Below, one piece after another: positions 63,541 through 64,000 of a stretch of 64,000 bases of DNA; position 1 is the stretch's first letter, and each line of letters begins with the position of its first letter. The stretch is taken from NCBI GenBank assembly GCA_964016885.1, contig OZ024740.1, positions 90,086,001-90,150,000 on the forward strand, in the 5' to 3' direction. The notes under the pieces were generated by a model that saw only the letters and a program-made list of their open reading frames with translations, was not told the DNA's origin and did not search any database. The stretch comes from Eledone cirrhosa. Lineage: Eukaryota. The position numbers and the translations under genes are program-made.

Positions 63541-64000
63541 ATGCTCTAGGACTGAACACACTGTCTAGTCTAAGATTCAAACACAGCTCCATAATAGTGA
63601 ATCCAATTCTCTACCCAATATGGAATGTATTCCTACCTGTACTAATTCATGATCTCGAACACTTTTCATATAAATGTTTGAATTGCTTACATATTCTGAT
63701 TAGGTGCTACATTCTATTGCTGTTAAAACCAACAATATTTCATTGAAAATAAAGGATTTGGCGTTTGTACATTCATCTATCATTAGTTTAGCTTTACGTC
63801 ATTGATGAAATGATGGTATGAATTATTGGTCAAGAAAGAAGCATAGCTTTATTAGAGTGTATGTGTCAATAAATATTTCTCCGCGAAATTATGCATTTTG
63901 TTAATTGATAAAAAATAAAGCTCTAGTTATATTCCAATAGATAAATATTAGCTTTATACAGAGAGAGACGGTGGGGATGGAGGGAGTTACAAAGAGAGAG

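Overview
Animal genomic DNA with no recognisable host gene. It is AT-rich, dense in microsatellites and made almost entirely of retroelements. The SINEs and the (AT)n/(AC)n density suggest a coleoid cephalopod such as Octopus, but that is an inference. Coding elements: a near full-length Penelope-like element (PLE; RT + C-terminal GIY-YIG, 8011-15170) with an inverted partial copy; three truncated PLEs; two decayed R4/Dong-type RLE LINEs; one apparently intact Tx1/L1-type LINE flanked by (AAT)n; RTE and Helitron remnants; and tRNA-derived SINEs. The strongest signal not shown by the ORF track is non-coding. About 20 hammerhead-ribozyme (HHR) folds from roughly a dozen sequence families can be read by eye on both strands. 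They include minimal forms with a palindromic stem III, forms with a long stem II, and variant cores (CAGAAGA, CCGAAGA). Two non-coding units of about 510-520 nt each carry one HHR per monomer, and their copies begin within a few nt of the predicted cleavage site (15205-17293 and 58670-59438). These look like retrozyme-type non-autonomous retroelements that may be mobilised by the neighbouring PLEs. All folds were assigned manually, none is tested, and element boundaries are approximate.
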